Shown: piece after piece, positions 29,492 to 41,704 of the stretch | Layout: the number at the start of each line of letters is the position of its first letter | How positions within the stretch are numbered: the stretch's first letter is position 1 | Assembly (NCBI GenBank): GCA_963813715.1 | Contig: CAWFAK010000004.1 | Location: 26,819-90,818, forward strand | Direction: 5' to 3' | Source: an uncultured Planctomycetaceae bacterium | Lineage (GTDB): Bacteria; Planctomycetota; Planctomycetia; Planctomycetales; Planctomycetaceae | Length of the DNA stretch: 64,000 nt | The notes under the pieces: generated by a model | What the model saw: the letters and a program-made list of their open reading frames with translations, nothing else | The model's database searches: none | What the model was told of the DNA's origin: nothing | Position numbers and translations under genes: made by a program

Positions 29492-32400
29492 GTGTCGCGA
29501 ATCGCCGCCCTAGAAAACGAAAAGAGCGCTGCGCTGCCGGGCGGTTTTCGACTGGCCGTGACCGGGCCTGCGCATCGCAATCCCAGCATCCACGTCGTCA
29601 ACCTGCCGTTCGTGCTGATCGGCCGGGCACGGGCCGCCGGTCTGCGTCTCGATCATCCCGAGGTCAGTCGTCGTCACCTTTATCTGCAAGTGCTCTTCGG
29701 GCGGGTTTACTGCCTCGATCTGAGCGACGGGGAATCGCCAACCGCCGATACGCCAATGTCCGGGCGTTGGCTGGAGCCGGACGAAGTCATCTCCGTTGGT
29801 CCCTACCAGGTGCGACTCGTCGACGTCGCCGAGACGGCCGCCCCCAGCGAACCACTGCCGGCCGGCTTCAGTCCGCTCGAGCGATACGCGGGGCAGCTCG
29901 GGGCGGTGCCGAAGGTCGAGATCGAATTCTTCACCAGCGTCGCCTACCAAGCCAACTCGACAATCACGCGGCTCATCGTTCTGGGGGGAACGTCCGATCG
30001 CTGCAAGTTAAGACTTCAGAACAAAAGCATCTCCGCAATTCACTTCGCCTTGGTGCTGATGCACGACGGCTTGTGGGTGGCCGATCTCGCGGGCAAGACG
30101 GGTGCCTTCGTCAACAATCGGACGGCCCACTTCGCCCGGATCGGCGACGGCGACGAACTTCAGGTCGGCACCTTCCGGCTCCGCGCGGTACACGGGCGAG
30201 AACCTGGGCGGTTCGGCGTCGGTCATCGAAATACCGGAGAGCGAGCGGCCGCCGAGCGTTCCGGCTCCGCCGGCGCCCACTTGCCGGTCGAGACCTTCCT
30301 CAGCGAAGAACGCTCCCTGATCGACCAGCGGCTGCACGAACTCGACACCGAACGAACGCAACTCGAGGGCCAACGAACGGAGCTCGCGGTCCAGCGCGAT
30401 GAGCTCAAGGCCCAGCGGACGCAGCTGGCAGCCCAAGCCGACCAAATCGGCGAGGAGCAGCGGGCCGTCGAGACGGCGCCGCCGGGAACTCGAGGATTCG
30501 CGAGGGCAAGCCGAGCAAGAGCGCCAGAGCGAAATCGACAGGCTGCGAGAGGAGTCACGGCGGGCAGAGGAATCTCGCGTCAAACTCCATGAGGAACTCG
30601 AAGAGAACCGCAGGGAAGTCGCAGCCCAACGCTCGGAACTCGAGGCGGATCGCTCGGAACTCGAGGCGAAACGAGCGGCTCTCGACGAAGAGCAGCAAAG
30701 CCTGGCTGCCGCCCAGAAACGACTCGACGACGTCGCTCAAGCAGAACAGCAGCTCGCCTTGGCCCAGGCGGAGCTCGAGCAAGTTCGGCAGGATAATGAG
30801 CAGGAACGGCAACGACTTGGGGAGGAGCGCGACGCGCTCGAACAATCACGCCGCCAGTTCGCGGCGGATTCCACTCAGCTCGAATCGCAACGAACGGACT
30901 TGCAAGCTGCTCAGGCACAAATCGAGTCGGCCGGGACTCAACTGGAGCGAGAACGAACGGAGCTGGCGCGGCAGAGCGACGCCTTGCGTGCCGAGCGGCA
31001 AGATCACGATCAACGTCACGAGACGCTGCAGGTGGCCGAATCTCGGCTCACGCTCCTGGGCGATCAGCATGAGGCGAAGCAACGAACGCTGCTCACGTTG
31101 CGGGCCGACCTGGAGGCCCAACAGGCGGCCGTCGAAACCATGCGCCGCGAGAGCGCGGCCGAGCAGACACGACTCGCCGACGTGCAGAGCGCCCTCTCGC
31201 GACTCAGCGAAGCACTCGATCGCGATCGGGCGACGTTGAACTCGGATCGAGCCGCCCTCAAGAAAGAAGATACCGAGCAGGCCACGAACTCGCGGCGGCT
31301 GGCAAACGACGCGCAACGACTGGCGGCTCGCCAGCGCGAAGTCGACGAACTCGCGCGACGGGCTTCGGCAGAGCGCACCAAGATCGAGGGCGAGCGGACC
31401 AAAATCGACTCCGGGCGAACGACACTGGAGGCCGAGCGGACCAAGCTCGCAGCCGAGCGCGCCGCAGCTCGGCGCCGACCGGACCAAATTTGACGCGGAT
31501 CGTAAGCAGGTCGACTCCGACCGCAAGTCCCTCGAAGCCACGAAAGTCAAACTTAAGTCCGACCGCGCCAGCGTCGAGCAGGAGCGCTCCCAGCTCGAAT
31601 CCGCTCGCTCCGGACTGCTCCTGCAGAGTTCCGAAGTCGACGCGCAGCGCAAGAAGCTTGACGCCGATCACGTGCAGCTCGAATCGGAGCGCAACCAGGT
31701 CGAAGGCACGCGCCGCCAGCTCGATGCGGATCGCAACGCCCTGGAAGCCGAGCGTGCCAAACACAAGACCGAGCGTGCGAAAGTCAAAACGGAGCGCGAC
31801 GAGCTGGAATCGCAACGCGCCGCAGTCGAAGCCCGCCGCTCCCAGGTCGACGCAGATCGTAAAACAGTCGAGTCGGATCGCGCCTCGTTCGACTCCGAGC
31901 GCACCCAGGTTGCCGCTGCACGTTGCCAGATCGACACGGAGCGGACGGCCCTGGAAGCATCCCAGGCGCGACTGACGCAGGATCAAAACGACCTCGCGAC
32001 CGGTCGGGCTAAGCTCATTTCCGAGCGGAATGCGCATCAGACGGCGGTGACCTCGCTGGCAAAACAGCAGGAAAAACTCCAGTCCGCGCGGGCGGCCCAC
32101 TTCGACGATCAGCGTGAGCTCGCCACGCTACGTCAATCGGTCGAAGCCGAACAAAGCGCACTCGAGGCCGAGCGGACGACCCTCGCTGCCGATCGGAAGC
32201 AATTGACCAGCTCCGAAGCCGGTCTGCGGCAGCAGGAGCGGGAATTGAACGCGGCCAAACAAGCAGTGGAAGCCGAGCGTCGGGCGCTTGTCGAGCAGAA
32301 AAAGGAAACGGCGCGAAAGCAAACCGACGTGGCCGATCAGCAAGCGCAAATCGACCGCGCGCGTGCACAAATCGAGGAAACCCAGCAGGCGCTCCAAACT

Positions 32401-33804
32401 AAGCAGAGCGAACTGGCGGCCGGGACGACAGCGCTGGCCGCCGGCCGCGCAGAGCTTGAAGACCGTCGGGTGGACATCGAGTCAGAACGGCAACGCCTGG
32501 CAGACACAAGGGGCGAGCTGGCCAATCTGAACCAGGCTCGCGAAGAGCTGGACGAGAAGACGCGAGCTGTCGGCGAAGAAAGCGAGTCGCTCGCGCAGGA
32601 GCGGGCCCAGTTGGCAATCGCTCAGGCACAGCTCGCGGCGCGCCAAGCGGGCCTAACGACTGCCCAAGAGCAGATCGAGCTCCAAAGAACAGAACTCGAG
32701 CGACAATTGGAGTCGGCCCGGCAAGCCGAGCAGGAGAGCCACTCCAACCACGCAACACGGCTGGCCGAGTTGGCGGCGCGGCAAAAGCAAATCGACGAGA
32801 CGGCCGCCCGTGCGGACGCCGAACGGACCTCGCTCGACGGCGCGCAGCGAGAATTGGCAGCAGAGCGCGAGGCCATGCAGACGGCACACGCCGAGTTGGC
32901 CCGCAGGCAGTCGCAACTCGACTCCGAGCGGGCGGCTTTGCAAACCGAGCGCGAAGCCCACGTCACAGTCGACGCCACGCTCGCGCACGAGCGTGCGGAG
33001 TGCGAGCAGCTGCAACACGCGCTCGCCGCCGATCAACTGGCCCTCGACACGCTGCGTCAAACTCTGGAGGCACAACGCGGCGCCCTCATCGCCGATCGTC
33101 ACACCCTAGAGATCGAACGGCAGCAACTGGCCGACGCTCAATCGAACGTCGCTGCCCGGACCCAACAACTGGCTGCCGAGCAAACGGCGCTCGCCAGTCA
33201 GCGGACTGCGCTCGACGAAGCCGCTCGGCAAGTTTCCCGGCAGATGACCGAGCTTGATCGCCAGCGCGAGCAAATCGAGAGAGACCGCGCCCAGCAGGCG
33301 GCCACACAAAGGGTCTGGCAAGCCGAGCAGGCTGCTCGAGCCGCGGCACAAACGCAAGAGGCCGGACGGCAACGGCCAGAATCCGACTCGACGCGCGCGT
33401 CGGTGCCATCGGAAGCGGACCGCAATCGGAGGGAACTGCAGACAATTCAGGGCACTTGGACGCTGGTCGCAGTCGAAGCCGACGGTTGGGAGCTGCCCCA
33501 GGCACTCATCAAGCAGCCCAAGTTTGTCTGGGTGATCGAAGGGGACAAGATCACCCATCGGCCGGAAATCGGCGTGAAACGAGAATCGCTCTTCGAGCTC
33601 GACCTGTCGCAGTCGCCCAATCAAATCGCCTTCCGTCCGCTCAACGGGGGTGCCAACGGCCGGTGGAAACGGGCAATCTTCGCGCTCGACGGCGACTCCC
33701 TGAAAGTCTGCCTGAGCAAGGACGGCAACGAGCTGCCTAGTCGCTTCGCCACCAAGGCGCGCGACGGGCTGCGGATTCTCGTGTTCAAGCGACAGGCACG
33801 CTGA
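29492..33804 (+). CDS. Tandem FHA domains + very long coiled coil + TIGR03067-type C-terminal domain, two frameshifts
   Basis: IGR...VSRRH and ISAIH FHA motifs; E/Q/R-rich heptads; IQGTWTLVAVE...IFALDGDSLKVC. Frames join at ~30478 and ~31475. Confidence 0.75.
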
Positions 33805-33919
33805 AGCAAGCAAGAGGCCGGCAGCAGGACGGGCAAACTGGGCGATCTGCAAAAGCGGTTGCCACCCCGGCTCCATTTCGGGCTGCATGCTTCCCGGCGG
33901 GACTGTCGATCTTAATTCA

Positions 33920-35360
33920 ATGAGACCGCGCGAATCTGCCACGGCCGGAACGCACAGCGCAGACGGTGCCGACCGTGCTTATCTCGACGGCGTCGCATGT
34001 GAACGCGCGGGCCGTCTGAGCGAGGCGCTCCGCATTATCGCTGGGCCGTGGCTCTGCGGCCCGATCACGCGGCGGCCTACAACAACATTGGCGTGCTCCG
34101 CCAGCAATGGGGCGAAACGGCTGACGCGGTCGCCGCCTATCAGCGGGCCGTCGAAAGCGATCCGCAATTGGGCCTGGCCTGGTTCAATCTGGGGAATTGC
34201 CTCCGAGAAGAAAATCGCCTGGACGAAGCAGTCGCCTGCTATGAGCGAGCGCGACGGCTCCTCCCGGCCGACAGCGAAATTCGGCTCAACCTCGCCACCA
34301 CCCTCAGAGACCTGCGCAGGTTCGACGAAGCCTGGGCGATTCTCGCCGAAATTCCCCAGACGTCACCCGACCGCGCCAAGGCCGAATTGAATCGTGCTTT
34401 GATTCACCTGCTCCGCGGCGACCTGGCGCGCGGCTGGGACGCTTACGACAGCCGGCTCACGATCTCCCCGACCGCGGAGCCTTCGGCGCAGCGCGCTGGG
34501 ACGGAGCGCCATTGAGCGGGCGATCAATCCTGCTGCTTTCCGAGCAGGGAATCGGCGACCAGGTGATGTTCGCCTCCTGCCTGCCCGATTTGCTGGCGAC
34601 GGCTGGACCGACCTTCGTCGAGTGCGATGCGCGGCTGGTACCGCTTTACGCCCGATCGTTTCCTCATGTCACCGCGATTCCCAAAACCACGGCCGAAACT
34701 GCTCTGTCTTCGGTTGGGGATTGCGACGTCGTCGATTCGCTTGGTTCGCTGCCGCGATTCCTCCGGCGGCGCATCGAAGATTTTCCCGCGCGAGTCGGCT
34801 ACCTTCGCGCCGATCCCGAGCGTTGCTCCCACTGGCGCTCGAGCCTTGGCCGCTCGGGAAGCGCCCTCAAGGTGGGACTCTCGTGGCACGGCGGGAAGGA
34901 CGCTGAGACCCGGCGAAGGCGTTCGGTGGCGCTCGAACTCTGGGGCCCGATCTTGCAGGTGCCCGGCGTCCGCTTCTTCAACATTCAGTATGGAGCCGCG
35001 GCCGCGGAGGCTGTGCGGGGCGGCCGCGATTTTCAGATTCCCCTCGACGACGGTTCCGACTGCGATCCGCTGCAGGATCTCGACGACTTCGCGGCCAAGC
35101 TGTCCGCGCTGGACCTCATTCTGACTGTCGACAATTCGACAGGCCACCTGGCGGCCGCGCTCGGTAAACCGGTTTGGACACTGCTGCCGTTCGCAGCCGA
35201 TTGGCGCTGGATGCTCGATCGGGAAACCACGCCCTGGTACCCGACGATGCGCCTGCTCCGCTGCCGGGCGGCCGACCAATGGAACGAGTTACTCCACCGG
35301 ACGGCCCGCCGTCTAACCTCGGCGGTCTTCACGCGCGAGCTGCTGCCCTCGGCCGCTTGA
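33920..35360 (+). CDS. TPR + glycosyltransferase (GT9-like) protein, two frameshifts
   Basis: TPR (AYNNIG, AWFNLGN), EQGIGDQVMF, VGLSWHG, VDNSTGHLAAALG, DWRW..TPWYP. Confidence 0.8.
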
Positions 35361-35617
35361 GCCGCTCGACGGCCTTACCGCAAATTCATGCGCCAAGGCG
35401 TCCTCGAGCAGCATTGCCAGCCGTCACGGCAGGAGAAGCCGAAAACTCCGCGCAGACAGTCGGGCGGATGTTGCCGAAAGCCAACGCCCGCGCACGACCT
35501 TTTAACCATCGACAAGTCGCGCGTTTCGCCGCCGGACGTATGTTTGAGACGAACCCGACGCCGCGCGGGTCTGTTTCGTGAAAACTAGGGCGAACGATAG
35601 AGGCTTTTCCCATGAAC

Positions 35618-35791
35618 ATGAAGAATCTCACCAACAGCATCAAACGTTTTCTGGGTTCCGAAGATGGTCCGACCGCCGTCGAGTACGCGGTCATGCTGGC
35701 GTTGATCGTCGTGGTCTGCTTGACGGCGATTCAGGCCGTCGGCACCAACGCCAACACCAAGTTCAACGCAGTGGCGAATTCCTTGACGTAA
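35618..35791 (+). CDS. flp: Flp/Fap family type IVb pilin
   Basis: Below the ORF-track cut-off; translates as MKNLTNSIKRFLGSEDGPTAVEYAVMLALIVVVCLTAIQAVGTNANTKFNAVANSLT*. Confidence 0.92.
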   Translation: MKNLTNSIKRFLGSEDGPTAVEYAVMLALIVVVCLTAIQAVGTNANTKFNAVANSLT

Positions 35792-35834
35792 TCGCGGAGG
35801 AAGCAATTCCCCTGCCCAAAACAGCGACTGTGGC

Positions 35835-35888
35835 AGCCCCGCGTCGATGGTGACGATACGCCCCATCGATGCGGGGCTATCGCGTTTT
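35835..35888 (+). terminator. Hairpin/terminator after the Flp pilin
   Basis: AGCCCCGCGTCGATGG...CCATCGATGCGGGGCT inverted repeat with a weak T tract. Confidence 0.55.
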
Positions 35889-35993
35889 ACGTCGGGATGA
35901 CGCAACGCCTCAGTTGACGGCACGACGGTTCGTGGAGATGCTCAAAAGGTCCAACCGAACCTTTGAGATACTCCTCCCGTTTAGGTGCAATCG

Positions 35994-38186
35994 ATGCGCG
36001 GGCTGCGTCGGCAACTCATATTGATCGCGGCCGCCGTCGGGCTCGTCGCCGCGTCCGTTCGTGCCGGTGATGACAAGCGGGACGCTCTTTGGTCCGCCAT
36101 CCGCGCCGGCGACCTCAAGGCCGTCCAGAGTGCGCTCGACCACGGCGCCCGCCTCGAGGCCAAGAACGAGATCGGCGTGTCCGCGCTTTGGATCGCCGCC
36201 AGCAAGGGGAAAGTCGATGTCATCGACCTTCTGGTCCGTAAAGGCGCGGACGTCAACGTTCGCGACGCTATCTGGTATCAAACGCCCCTCAGCATGTCTT
36301 CGATGGAAAAGACGGTGGACGCGGCCCGGTTGCTGATCAAGTCCGGCGCCAAAGACGTCGACAACGCCCTCTTCTCGGCGGTCGGCGCGGGCAACGAGAA
36401 GATGGTCGACATGATTCTCCATGAGGGCAAAGTGAGTCAGGACGCCTTGGACGCCGGCCTGTACGCGGCAGTCACTCTAAAGAAAGCGAAGATTCAGCCA
36501 CTGTTGACCAAGGCCGGCGCAAAGCCGTTGCCCCCGGCGTCGGAGCACGATCGCCAGGCCTGGGCAAAGCTCGTCGGCACTTATGAAAGCGATGGTGGCG
36601 CCCCGCTCACGATCGCGCTCAAGCCCGTGGGCTTAGTCGCGGCCGGCCGGTGGCTCAAGCCCACCGGGCCCGACACGTTCACTCCTCTGGGCTCCGAGGG
36701 TTCGCAGCTTCACGTCGAATGGCGCGGCGGCGAAGTGGCCCGCATCACGATGACGCGGTTCACGGCCGAGTACAGCTTTTACAAGTTCACGAAGCCGGTC
36801 GTGAAAGCGACCGCGCCGGCCGAGCCCGGCAGCGACGCCGTCGTCGAACCGCTCAACTGGCCCTCCTTTCGCGGGCCCGACGGCACCGGCGTGGCCGACG
36901 GCCAGCGACCGCCCGTCGCTTGGGATCTGAAAGCCGGGGAAAACGTCCGCTGGAAGACGCCGATCCCCGGCCTGGGCCACTCTGCTCCCGTCGTCTGGGG
37001 AAACCGTATTTTTCTCACCACGGCGATCAGCAGCGATCCGAACGCGAAGATTCGCGTCGGCAACTACGGCGATCCCGGCTCCGTCAGCGACAAGACGAAA
37101 CACACCTGGCAGGTACTGTGTCTGGATCGCGACAGCGGCAAGATCCTTTGGACCCGCACGGCCTACGAAGGCGTGCCCAAGATCAAACGCCACTTGAAGG
37201 GCAGCCAGGCCAACTGCACGCCGGCGACGGACGGTCGGCACGTCGTCGTCTGCTTCGGCTCCGAGGGACTGTACTGCTACGACTTCGCCGGCAAACAGCT
37301 CTGGAAGCGCGACCTGAGCACGCTCGACTCGGCCTTTGCCATCGACGAAGAATACGAGTGGGGCTTCGCCAATTCGCCCCTCATTCACGACGGGCTCGCC
37401 ATCTTGCAGTGCGACCTGAGCCACGATTCGTTCATTGCCGCGTTCAGCCTGGCGGACGGCGGCAAGGTCTGGTCCACGCCCCGCGACGAAATTCCTTCGT
37501 GGAGTTCGCCGGTCATTTGGCACAACAGCCAGCGCGAAGAGATCGTCACCAACGCGGCCCAGTACGCCCGCGGCTACGACCCGAAAACCGGTGCGGAACT
37601 CTGGCGGCTCGCCAAAAAATCGGACGTGACAATTCCCACGCCGGTCTGCGGCAAAGAGCTGGTCTATATCACCAGCGGCAATCGCCCCATTCAGCCGATT
37701 TTTGCCATCAAGCCGGGGGCGACCGGCGACATCTCGCTCAAAGAACAAGAACACACAAACTCCCATGTCGCCTGGAGCAAGCTGCGCGGCGGCCCCTACA
37801 TGCCGACGCCCATTCTCTACGGGCCCTACCTTTACACCTGCTCGAATTCGGGCGTGGTGACGTGCTACGAGGCGAAAACGGGCAAAGAGCTGTACAAAAC
37901 GCGGATGGGTACGGGGAGCTATACCGCGTCGCCCGTCGCTGCCGACGGACGGCTCTACTTCTTTTCGGAGCAGGGAGAAGTCCGCGTGGTCAAGGCCGGC
38001 CCGACGTTCGAGCTGCTGGCAGTCAACCCGCTGGACGACTACGTGATGGCCTCGCCCGCCATCTCGAACGGCTGCCTCTTCGTCCGCAGCCAGCACTATT
38101 TGATCGCGCTGGGAAAGAACGCCGGCACCAAAAAGATCAACGCCGTAGAAAACGACGCCAAAAAGACCGCGGACATCAAGCAGTGA
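35994..38186 (+). CDS. Secreted ankyrin-repeat + PQQ-like beta-propeller protein
   Basis: Signal peptide, ankyrin repeats, NWPSFRGPDGTG, WKTPIPGLGHSAPVVWG, ASPVAADG. Confidence 0.88.
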   Translation: MRGLRRQLILIAAAVGLVAASVRAGDDKRDALWSAIRAGDLKAVQSALDHGARLEAKNEIGVSALWIAASKGKVDVIDLLVRKGADVNVRDAIWYQTPLSMSSMEKTVDAARLLIKSGAKDVDNALFSAVGAGNEKMVDMILHEGKVSQDALDAGLYAAVTLKKAKIQPLLTKAGAKPLPPASEHDRQAWAKLVGTYESDGGAPLTIALKPVGLVAAGRWLKPTGPDTFTPLGSEGSQLHVEWRGGEVARITMTRFTAEYSFYKFTKPVVKATAPAEPGSDAVVEPLNWPSFRGPDGTGVADGQRPPVAWDLKAGENVRWKTPIPGLGHSAPVVWGNRIFLTTAISSDPNAKIRVGNYGDPGSVSDKTKHTWQVLCLDRDSGKILWTRTAYEGVPKIKRHLKGSQANCTPATDGRHVVVCFGSEGLYCYDFAGKQLWKRDLSTLDSAFAIDEEYEWGFANSPLIHDGLAILQCDLSHDSFIAAFSLADGGKVWSTPRDEIPSWSSPVIWHNSQREEIVTNAAQYARGYDPKTGAELWRLAKKSDVTIPTPVCGKELVYITSGNRPIQPIFAIKPGATGDISLKEQEHTNSHVAWSKLRGGPYMPTPILYGPYLYTCSNSGVVTCYEAKTGKELYKTRMGTGSYTASPVAADGRLYFFSEQGEVRVVKAGPTFELLAVNPLDDYVMASPAISNGCLFVRSQHYLIALGKNAGTKKINAVENDAKKTADIKQ

Positions 38187-38335
38187 CGCGCCCGCGCATG
38201 ATTTGACGCCGAATGCATGCGGGTGCGCGACGGCGCGCCGCCAATCGGCGCTCGCCCCTTGAGCCTTGGCCGAGCGCTAGGTGATACTGGTCCCGAAGTT
38301 CGAATCATCACTCGGGAGCTCGGGAGGCGCAACCT

Positions 38336-38653
38336 ATGAAGATCAATCCAGACGAAGTGATCACGTGGCTCATCGTCGGTGCGCTCGCCGGGTCGCTGGC
38401 GGGGATGATCGTCAAACATCAACGCGCCGGGTTTGGCCGCGTTCTCAATCTGGCGATCGGACTCATCGGCTCCTTGATCGGGGGCGTGTTGTCCAAGCTC
38501 TTCCACATCGACCTGGGCGTGGTCGGACAAATCACGGTCACTTCCGAAGAGGTGGTGATCGCCTTCATCGGCGCCCTGATCTTCCTGGTGATCCTCTGGT
38601 TCATTCGCAAGTTGCGGGCGGCCAAAAGCACCACGATCGGCGGCCCGGCTTGA
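38336..38653 (+). CDS. GlsB/YeaQ/YmgE (transglycosylase-associated) membrane protein
   Basis: WLIVGALAGSLA, NLAIGLIGSLIGG, AFIGALIFL. Confidence 0.82.
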   Translation: MKINPDEVITWLIVGALAGSLAGMIVKHQRAGFGRVLNLAIGLIGSLIGGVLSKLFHIDLGVVGQITVTSEEVVIAFIGALIFLVILWFIRKLRAAKSTTIGGPA

Positions 38654-38667
38654 AGAGCGCCAGTCCG

Positions 38668-40332
38668 ATGGGTCTGCGGTGCGCGATGATCGCCGCTGTG
38701 CTCTGGTCAGCCGTGACGGCCCGCGCGGGCGACATTCTCGTCGAAGACATCTTCGGCCGCCGCCTCAACGAACACGGACTCACCCTGGTCGACTGGGAAG
38801 GGCCGATCGCCAATCCGGCTATTAAGGTGTTCGTCGTGCCGCCGGAGGGAGTCGCTCTTCCGGCCAGTGCCGTGCTCACGTCGACGCAGCCGCGCGGTCT
38901 ACTTCAACCTGCCCAGCAAGATCGGTCCGCGCGGCCCCAGCAAGACCCTCACCTTCAACACGCGGGAGAAGCAGCCGGTTTTCGTCTCGATCTTCCCGGA
39001 TCGAGAGGCGAAGAACCTCGACTTCACCCTGCAGCTCAACTTCAAGGACGCCGCGGGCAAAAAGCGCACGCTCAAGATCCCCTGCCATGTCATCGACCAG
39101 GACAAGCTGCCGGGGGACGACGCGACCACCAGCACCTTCCCCATAGACGTCGATTTCTCACGGGACCGCACCGGCTTCTTCGACGACGAAAAGAAACGCC
39201 GCGTGGTCCAGCAGGCTGTCCACGATTGGGCTTATTTCTTGGCGCCCGTCGCCCGCGATCCCGTTCGCCTCGGTGCGGAAAAGACCTTCGTCTGGGATCC
39301 GGACGGCTTTAAGCACGGGCACGACGTCACGAACGCGCAGGAATACTCGGGGTACCTGCTCTACGCTTACGGCATTCATGGCCCCGAGGTACGTTCCGGC
39401 GGCGAGGCCTCGCTTCACGGCGGCTTCCAGCGGGAAAACGGAAAGGACCAGGCTGTCCGGCGTTCGGGCGGTTACGAGGCCGAGACACGCGGCAACTACA
39501 ACACGCTCGGCTGGTTGATCGGCGCAGCCGGCGGCGACTACTGGAAGGCCACCAATCTCCGCAAGGTTCCGAACGACCTGCTTTCGATCGCTCATCACGA
39601 AATCGGCCACGCTCTGTTTTTCAGCTCCGGCAATACGCGATTCGCAGAGGCCCAGCGCCGGCCGGCTCGACGACGCCGCGGTCCGCGACTATCTCGGCGT
39701 CGATCCGAAAATCGACAAGTCGGCTCATTTCGCCGGTTCGATCGATCCGGCGAGCCGTTGCGGTGCGTTCGGCAACGAGTACCACGGCGACGTTCCCTTC
39801 ATGCGATGGCAGATCACCAAGCTCGATCTGCTTTGCGCAAGCGGTCGGCTACAAGCTCCGCGAGACCTCGGCCTTTGTGCGGCTGACAATTACGAGCGTC
39901 TCCTTGCCCGGCGGGACCGTCGGTAAAGCGTACAAAGGCAAGATCGACGCCGTCGGAGGCATTCCGTTTTACCGGTGGGACGTCGCCACGGGCGCGCTCC
40001 CGGCCGGCTTGGAGCTGGACTCCTTCGCGGGCGCACTCCGCGGCACGCCGAAATCAGCCGGCGTCTCCGAGTTCACGATTCGCGTGCGCGACTACGACGA
40101 GAGAAGTCGCGGGCAGACGCGAAAGCTGCGAATCGAGATTGCGCCGCCGAAGTTGGGCGGTGAACGGGTGTTGGCCCTGTGCCAAAGCGTGGACGCCCTG
40201 CCGTCTCCTCGTCTGGTTGGAAGGACGGGCGCGGCAGGAGTATGCTGTCAGATGCCGGCCGTTTGTCAGGGTGTCCGCGCGGTGCCCGTGCCGGCCCAAC
40301 ACGTAGGATTTGACCCATGTCCAAGCAGGTGA
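38668..40332 (+). CDS. Secreted HExxH metallopeptidase-like protein with a C-terminal putative Ig domain, multiple frameshifts
   Basis: Signal peptide; HHEIGHAL; SLPGGTVGKAY..GGIPFYRW..LPAGLELD..GTP Ig repeat. Pieces lie in several frames; 3' end uncertain. Confidence 0.6.
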
Positions 40333-41604
40333 AGAAAATTCATCGCCGCGGGTTTTTGCAGACGGCCGGCTCGGCCGCCGCCACGGCTTTGGCTCCCATG
40401 ATTATCCCCGCCTCCGCCCTCGGCAAAAACGGCGCGGTGCCTCCGAGCGAGCGAATTGTGATGGGGGGCATCGGGATCGGCAATCGGGGTACCTACGACC
40501 TCGGCTGCTTCCTGGAGCAGAAAGATGCCCAGTTCGTGGCAGTCTGCGACGTCAAGGAAGTCCGCCGCATCGCCGCGAAGAAGCGAATCGACGAGCGCAA
40601 CGGCAATCAGAATTGCGTGATGATTCGCGACTTTCGCGAGCTGCTCGACCGCCCCGATATCGACGCGGTCCTGATCGCTACCGGTCCCAATTGGCATGCG
40701 ACGGCCGCCATGACCGCGGCCCGCGCCGGCAAGGACATGTATTGCGAGAAGCCGTGCACCAAGAACATTTCGCAAAGCTTGCAGCTCGCCGACACCATGC
40801 GTCGCACAGCCCGCGTCTTTCAAGCCGGAACGCAACGGCGGAACTTGCCCCACTTTGCGTTCGCCTGCTGGCTGGCCCGCACCGGCAAGCTTGGCAAGCT
40901 CAAGCGCGTCTACGCGCATCCGGCCGGCATGCAGGCGCAGAACCAGCAGCTGGATGACAGCGGAGAAAGAGCCGCCCAAGGAACAAGTCGACTGGAACAT
41001 GTATCTCGGTCCGGCGGCCTGGCGCCCGTTCAACGCCAAGCTGCTCGACGGCTTCAACTTCGAGAAGGGTGGCGGCCTGGTCGGCGGCGGCGTTCTCGAA
41101 TGGGGCTCGCACTGTGTCGATCTGTGTCAGTGGGCCGTCGGCAACGACCGCTGGGCTCCTGTCGAATACAACCCGCCCAAGGACGGACAGATCGTCAACC
41201 GTTATGAGAACGGCGTCGAACTCATCTTCCGCGAGAAGGACTGGCTGCCGCTTGGCTCGTGCCCGGTGCGCTTCGAAGGCGAGACCGGCTGGGTCGAAAC
41301 GGGCGACAGTGGCAAGTTCGTCCTCAGCTCGCCCGAGTTGCTCGCCGGTCGCACGATTCCCGAAATCGGCGGCTACCCGGCAACGTTCCACGTCCGCGAT
41401 TTCCTCGACGCGGTGAAGGCCCGCAGCCAGCCGAAAGGTAACGCCGACACGGCCTGCTTCGCGCACATTGCCTGTCACGCCACGAACGTCGCGCTTTACC
41501 TGAACCGTCCTCTCAAATACGACTTGAAAAAGCACGAATTCATCGGGGACGAACAGGCCAACCGCCTGCGTTCCGAGGCGTTGCGCGAACCGTGGCGAAT
41601 CTGA
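40317..41604 (+). CDS. Gfo/Idh/MocA oxidoreductase, Tat-exported, frameshift near 40950
   Basis: HRRGFL, GIGIGNRG, YCEKP; second frame VDWNMYLGPA...REPWRI. Confidence 0.88.
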
Positions 41605-41704
41605 CGGCTCGCACTCTTCCTACCGGCCGCCAACCGGCCCCCACCTGTCGTAGCGCTTACCGGCTTTATTGACCTCCCACATCCGGAACTCCACCGTGCA
41701 TCCG

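Noticed and set aside
30470..31490. Programmed ribosomal frameshifting at the split genes
   Set aside because: No common slippery heptamer, and the breaks are spread over unrelated genes, which fits sequencing error better.
35455..35495. GAAA-capped hairpin upstream of the Flp pilin as a riboswitch
   Set aside because: Single imperfect hairpin with no second domain, no expression platform and no second copy.
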